Assembly: GCA_964016885.1 (NCBI GenBank)
Contig: OZ024740.1
Location: forward strand, 45,012,001-45,076,000
From: Eledone cirrhosa
Taxonomy: Eukaryota
Reading direction: 5' to 3'
DNA: 64,000 bases
A program made the position numbers and the translations under genes. The notes beneath the pieces were generated by a model, which was not told the DNA's origin, made no database searches, and worked only from the letters and a program-made list of their open reading frames with translations. Of this stretch, positions 1 through 64,000 are shown piece by piece (the stretch's first letter is position 1; the number at the start of each line of letters is the position of its first letter).

Positions 1-139
1 ATATATACATATATATATAAATATATATATACATATATATATAAATATATATATATATAAATATATATATACATATATATATAAATATATATATATACAT
101 ATATATACATATATATATAATATATATATATATATATAA

Positions 140-170
<31 letters not shown>

Positions 171-255
171 ACTATATATATATACATATATATATATATA
201 TAAATATATATATATACATATATATATACATATATATACATATATATATATATAA

Positions 256-301
<46 letters not shown>

Positions 302-377
302 GTACATATATATATATATACATATATATACATATAAATATATATATATATACATATATATGCATATATATATATAT

Positions 378-434
<57 letters not shown>

Positions 435-691
435 TATACATATATATATATATATAAATATATATACATATATATATAATATATATATATATATAAATAT
501 ATACATATATATACATATATATAGAATATATATATATATATAAATATATATATATACATATATATAGAATATATATATATATATAAATATATATATATAC
601 ATATATATAAATATATATATATACATATATATACATATATATATAATATATATATATATATAAATATATATATACATATATATATATATAA

Positions 692-722
<31 letters not shown>

Positions 723-830
723 AATATATATATATACATATATATACATATATATATATAAATATATATATATACATATATATACATATATATATAATAT
801 ATATATATATATAAATATATATATATACAT
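1..830. repeat. Interrupted (TA)n microsatellite
   Basis: TA runs punctuated by CA and AA. Confidence 0.98.
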
Positions 831-872
831 ACGATATTAAACAAATGGAAACTATATTTATAAAACCATATT

Positions 873-938
873 TATTTCATTATACATATTTCAGGGATAC
901 CATATTAAAAATATGGCATGCCTTCGTCAGATAAAATA
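873..938 (-). ncRNA. Minimal type I hammerhead ribozyme-like motif
   Basis: tattttat-CTGACGA-[agg c atgccatat tttta atatggtat c cct]-GAAA-tatgta-TA-atgaaata; stems I and II pair. Confidence 0.65.
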
Positions 939-1247
939 CAATATATAAACAGTTTTATAAATAATTTTGACGTACCATATTATAAGCGACCATTATATTA
1001 GGAAGCTGTCTGGGTAGTGATATGTTTGTAATTATTTAGTTATAGTGTTAAGCACAGTTAGAAAAAAAGACGGAGAGAAAGAAGAAACGGAGGTAAAGAA
1101 AAAACAGAGAAATAGAGGGGAGAGAAAGAAAAGGAGAAAGAGAAAATAAATATAAATATATAGGAGGAAGTAAAAAAGAAGCAAGAGAGAAATAAGAGAG
1201 TCAAACGAAAGCGATAATAATTCATCATACATAAAGATAAACTCAAG

Positions 1248-1251
<4 letters not shown>

Positions 1252-1297
<46 letters not shown>

Positions 1298-1632
1298 GTA
1301 TATATATATATATGTATATATATATAATATATATATATATATAAATATATATATATACATATATAAATATATATATATACATATATAAATATATATATAT
1401 ACATATATAAATATATATATATACATATATAAATATATATATATACATATATATACATATATAAATATATATATATACATATATATACAATATATATATA
1501 CATATATATACATATATATAATATATATATATATATAAATATATATATATACATATATATACATATAAATATATATATATACATATATATACATATAAAT
1601 ATATATATATACATATATATACATATGTATAA

Positions 1633-1685
<53 letters not shown>

Positions 1686-2110
1686 CATATATATAAATGT
1701 AACTATATATACATATATATAAATGTATATATATATACATATATATAAATGTATATATATATATACATATATATAAATGTATATATATATACATATATAT
1801 AAATGTATATATATATATACATATATATAAATGTATATATATATATACATATATATAAATGTATATATATATACATATATATAAATGTATATATATATAC
1901 ATATATATATAAATATATATATATACATATATATAAATATATATATATATACATATATATAAATATATATATATACACATATATATAAATATATATATAT
2001 ATACACATATATATAAATATATATACATATATATAAATATATATATATATACCTATATATAAATATATATATATACATATATATAAATATATATATATAC
2101 ATATATATAA

Positions 2111-2159
<49 letters not shown>

Positions 2160-2426
2160 TATAAATATATATATATACATATATATAAATATATATATAC
2201 ATATATATAAATATATACATATATATAAATATATATATACATATATATAAATATATACATATATATAAATATATACATATATATAAATATATATATATAA
2301 ATATATAAATATATATATATATATATAAATATATAAATATATATATATATATATATAAATGTATATATATATACATATATATAAATGTATATATATATAC
2401 ATATATATAAATGTATATATATATAC

Positions 2427-2459
<33 letters not shown>

Positions 2460-2624
2460 CATATATATAAATATATATATATATACATATATATAAATAT
2501 ATATATATACATATATATATACACATATATAAATATATATATACATATATATAAATATATATATATACACATATATATAAATATATATACATATATATAA
2601 ATATATATATATACATATATATAA

Positions 2625-2669
<45 letters not shown>

Positions 2670-2880
2670 TATAAATATATATATACATATATATAAATAT
2701 ATATATATATACATATATATAAATATATATATATACATATATATAAATATATATATACATATATATAAATATATACATATATATAAATATATACATATAT
2801 ATAAATATATATATATAAATATATATATATAAATATATAAATATATATATATAAATATATAAATATATATATATATATAT
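1252..2880. repeat. Interrupted (TA)n micro/minisatellite
   Basis: Quasi-periodic units of about 20 nt such as atatatacatatatataaat. Confidence 0.98.
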
Positions 2881-2933
2881 AAGAAACCTAACATTTTTTA
2901 TAAAATCCATGTAGCTATAGCAAAGATGCTTAC

Positions 2934-61412
<58,479 letters not shown>

Positions 61413-61806
61413 CTGAGAAATAAAATATTAAAGGAAATGTTTAAAATGTATTTATATATTTTAAAAACTATATTCACTAGTACTCACCAATGTATAAATG
61501 AATCTAGAATTTTTTGTTTACTCTGTTGTTGAATGACTTACTACTTTGAAATACTATTATGTACAAAACCGCTACCTTAAAAGCATATTATTGTATTATA
61601 TAATTTACGTCAGATGAAAGATGTTTCCAAATATTAGAAGTAACGTAGATGTGTAAACCCTATTAAAATATGGAAGGAACAGAAAAGTACATCACGTGAT
61701 AAAATATGGAAATTTAATTTCCTATCTTTCACCATATATATATATATATTTCCATATTTTATTACGTGATGTCCATTTCTGTTTCTTTCATCCATTTTAA
61801 ATAAAT

Positions 61807-61879
61807 TTTCATTCTGACGAGCGAAGTCAGACGTCTGTGTCAGACTCGTCTGTCTTCGTGAAACCCTTGGTAAATGAAA
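61807..61879 (+). ncRNA. Minimal type I hammerhead ribozyme with intact core
   Basis: tttcatt-CTGACGA-[gcgaag..cagacg..cgtctg..cttcgt]-GAAA-cc ctt gg-TA-aatgaaa; GUA cleavage triplet. Confidence 0.72.
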
Positions 61880-61973
61880 TAATTATCTTATGTTGTTTAT
61901 TACATAACTAAAAAGCTCTGTAGTCTATATAGAGAACTCTCTTTTCCTTTATCTTTCCTACGGAAACACTTCA

Positions 61974-61989
61974 TATATATATATGTATA

Positions 61990-62057
<68 letters not shown>
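61974..62057. repeat. (TA)n microsatellite
   Basis: Direct reading. Confidence 0.97.
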
Positions 62058-62058
<1 letters not shown>

Positions 62059-62570
62059 TAGCCAAATTACCCACGCCTTGCTGCGTTTCACACATTTTTT
62101 TTTTTTGTAAGAGAATGAGGATTGATTTTAAATCATTGATATAATTTATGGAGAAAAACTCTGCATTTCAATATTATTCAATGTAAAATGTAATGCATAA
62201 AAAATTGGAAAACGTTTTTTGTAATATATCAAATCAAAATTACATTATTAAATCTTATTCTTATTTTGTGTCTTGTAAATAATTTTTTTAAAAATATCAA
62301 TTCAAAACTTTTGTGAATAGGCATTATATCTTGTCATTTACCTATGCCTTAAATTTCATAAAACTCGAAGGGAGAATTTTTTCAGCGGGGGGGTTGGGCC
62401 CCCGGGGAACCCTTTGATTAAAATAAAATATACTTATCCAAGTACACTGGGCATTGTAGTTTCAGAATATATATGGTTATGGGAGTCTATCTCCAAAACC
62501 ATAGGAGGAGTTCGTGAACAAACAACCAACCAAACAAACAAACAGACAGAAACTACAACTTTATATATGA
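62058..62570 (-). mobile_element. Non-autonomous Helitron-like element
   Basis: Minus strand begins TCatatataaagttg followed by a (GTTT/GTCT)n tract and ends CTAG-T after a GC-rich segment. Confidence 0.6.
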
Positions 62571-62656
62571 CACTGTTAATGACAACACTAACATCTACGT
62601 ATCTTTACGATTGTTTTGTGGAATAGGAGGTTAATTATATGTCTAAACGTTGCTAG

Positions 62657-62703
62657 TGTTCCGATGATTCCAAACAAAAGTTTGGAAGAAACGATCGTCA
62701 GCA
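62657..62703 (+). ncRNA. Hammerhead-like motif with CCGATGA core
   Basis: tgtt-CCGATGA-[ttccaaac aaaa gtttggaa]-GAAA-cgatcg-TC-agca. Confidence 0.6.
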
Positions 62704-62840
62704 ATGAAATGTTCTGAACATAGTTTTGATTATTCTGTAATTTATATATATATATATATATATATATACATTATGAAGAGAGAAGAAACATTTAGATATA
62801 ATTAGTAATAAAATGTATCATACCTAAACTACTCCTAGAT

Positions 62841-62930
62841 TCCTCGACTACGTAGTTTCGTGGCATAAACAAAAACAATACATCATAAAGATATAGAGTC
62901 CTTGCGAGGTCTGCCGACTCATCAAGAGGA
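62841..62930 (-). ncRNA. Hammerhead-like motif with TTGATGA core
   Basis: tcctc-TTGATGA-[gtcggca...tgccac]-GAAA-ctacgtag-TC-gagga. Confidence 0.55.
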
Positions 62931-63265
62931 TACCTCATTTTACTAGTCTCAAGAACGCGTCTACACGACGTGAGAAAGAATCCCAAAAGGCGGAGGGGGA
63001 GATAGTCACGCGATATAACGGTCGAGAAACAGAGCTAAGCCTCTTATAACCCCGAAAAAAATACCACGGAGGCGGAGGGGGTATTTATATCGAAGCCGTA
63101 GAAGAGGTGGTGAAGGAGACGAGAAGTATGAGTAATGGAAGCTTTCTGGTCTGTCCCAGTCATTCATTGAGCAACATCGGTGAAGTTGGCACCCTTAACT
63201 CACGGTTGGGTGCGGATGCATTCATGTATATATGTGTGTGTCCGCATGTATCTGTGTGTTTCTAA

Positions 63266-63272
<7 letters not shown>

Positions 63273-63352
<80 letters not shown>
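63273..63352. repeat. (TA)n microsatellite
   Basis: Direct reading. Confidence 0.97.
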
Positions 63353-63358
<6 letters not shown>

Positions 63359-63410
63359 AAAAAAGTAAACTTTTTTCGCTCTACATGGCTGAATACAATA
63401 AATGAAATGG

Positions 63411-63818
63411 TAGCCATGTCAGTAGAATGAACCCTTCATTCTTGCTCTTGTGTTAGCATGTGAACAGAACTGCAGACACTAATGTTTCTGGGTATCACCC
63501 GTTATCAGTACAGCTCACTATTCACCTGCCAAACTGTCAGAGCTAGTGAAAATATATGCTATTTTCAAAAATACACAGACTGATCGGCCTGATTTACATA
63601 TTAAAAGACTGGTTAATCATTCAGATCTGCATATTACCAGACCCACTGATCAGCCAGATTTGCATATCAGCAGACTGGCCAGTCAGTTTCCTGTATAGGA
63701 GTGATAAATGGCCGGCTTTGCCAAATTCTGGTGATACCCAGAAATATTAGTGTCTGCAGTTCTGTTCACATGCTAACACAAGAGCAAGAATGAAGGGTTC
63801 ATTCTACTGACATGGCTA
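63411..63818. mobile_element. MITE-like element with ~89-bp terminal inverted repeats
   Basis: 63411-63499 versus 63730-63818, one mismatch seen; TA at both ends. Confidence 0.75.
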
Positions 63819-63891
63819 TGAAATTGAGGCTTATTTGCATAATTGCAAACGAATCGAATATTATTATTAATATTCGAAAAACTCAGATTAC

Positions 63892-63894
<3 letters not shown>

Positions 63895-63970
<76 letters not shown>
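63895..63970. repeat. (TA)n microsatellite
   Basis: Direct reading. Confidence 0.97.
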
Positions 63971-63975
<5 letters not shown>

Positions 63976-64000
63976 CTTCTTTCAGACTGAAAGAAGAACA

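Noticed and set aside
172-2910. Long Y/I-rich ORFs (up to 620 aa)
   Set aside because: Translations of interrupted (TA)n microsatellite
61488-61503. Candidate exon with a GTgagt donor upstream of the Ig exon
   Set aside because: 16 nt would shift the frame, it lacks a polypyrimidine tract, and the paralogous intron has no such site
63972-64000. 14-bp perfect inverted repeat
   Set aside because: Truncated by the window edge; cannot be interpreted

Overview
AT-rich, microsatellite-rich metazoan genomic DNA. The tRNA-headed SINEs resemble, from memory, those of octopus/coleoid cephalopods; this is an inference. Almost all ORFs in the supplied track are artefacts. The real coding content is one minus-strand multi-exon gene fragment: two near-identical 273-nt exons, each encoding a titin/obscurin/twitchin-type I-set Ig domain (61140-61412, 59854-60126), followed by 55 microexons of 24-39 nt (42 of them exactly 30 nt) spread over 2934-55621. 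Every microexon has AG/GT boundaries, is phase 1-1, has a length divisible by 3 and is stop-free. Together they encode about 548 aa of E/T/S/V-rich 10-residue repeats, and any subset can be spliced in frame. The array shows nested duplication: A/B exon alternation, 6-exon and 5-exon super-repeats, dead exons, and a recent ~9.4-kb triplication. The introns contain SINEs, a Helitron with a visible empty site, LINE/Penelope-like remnants, long inverted repeats and seven minimal type I hammerhead-ribozyme-like motifs, several sharing a CCGANGA core variant. Coordinates were read by eye; repeat boundaries are approximate.
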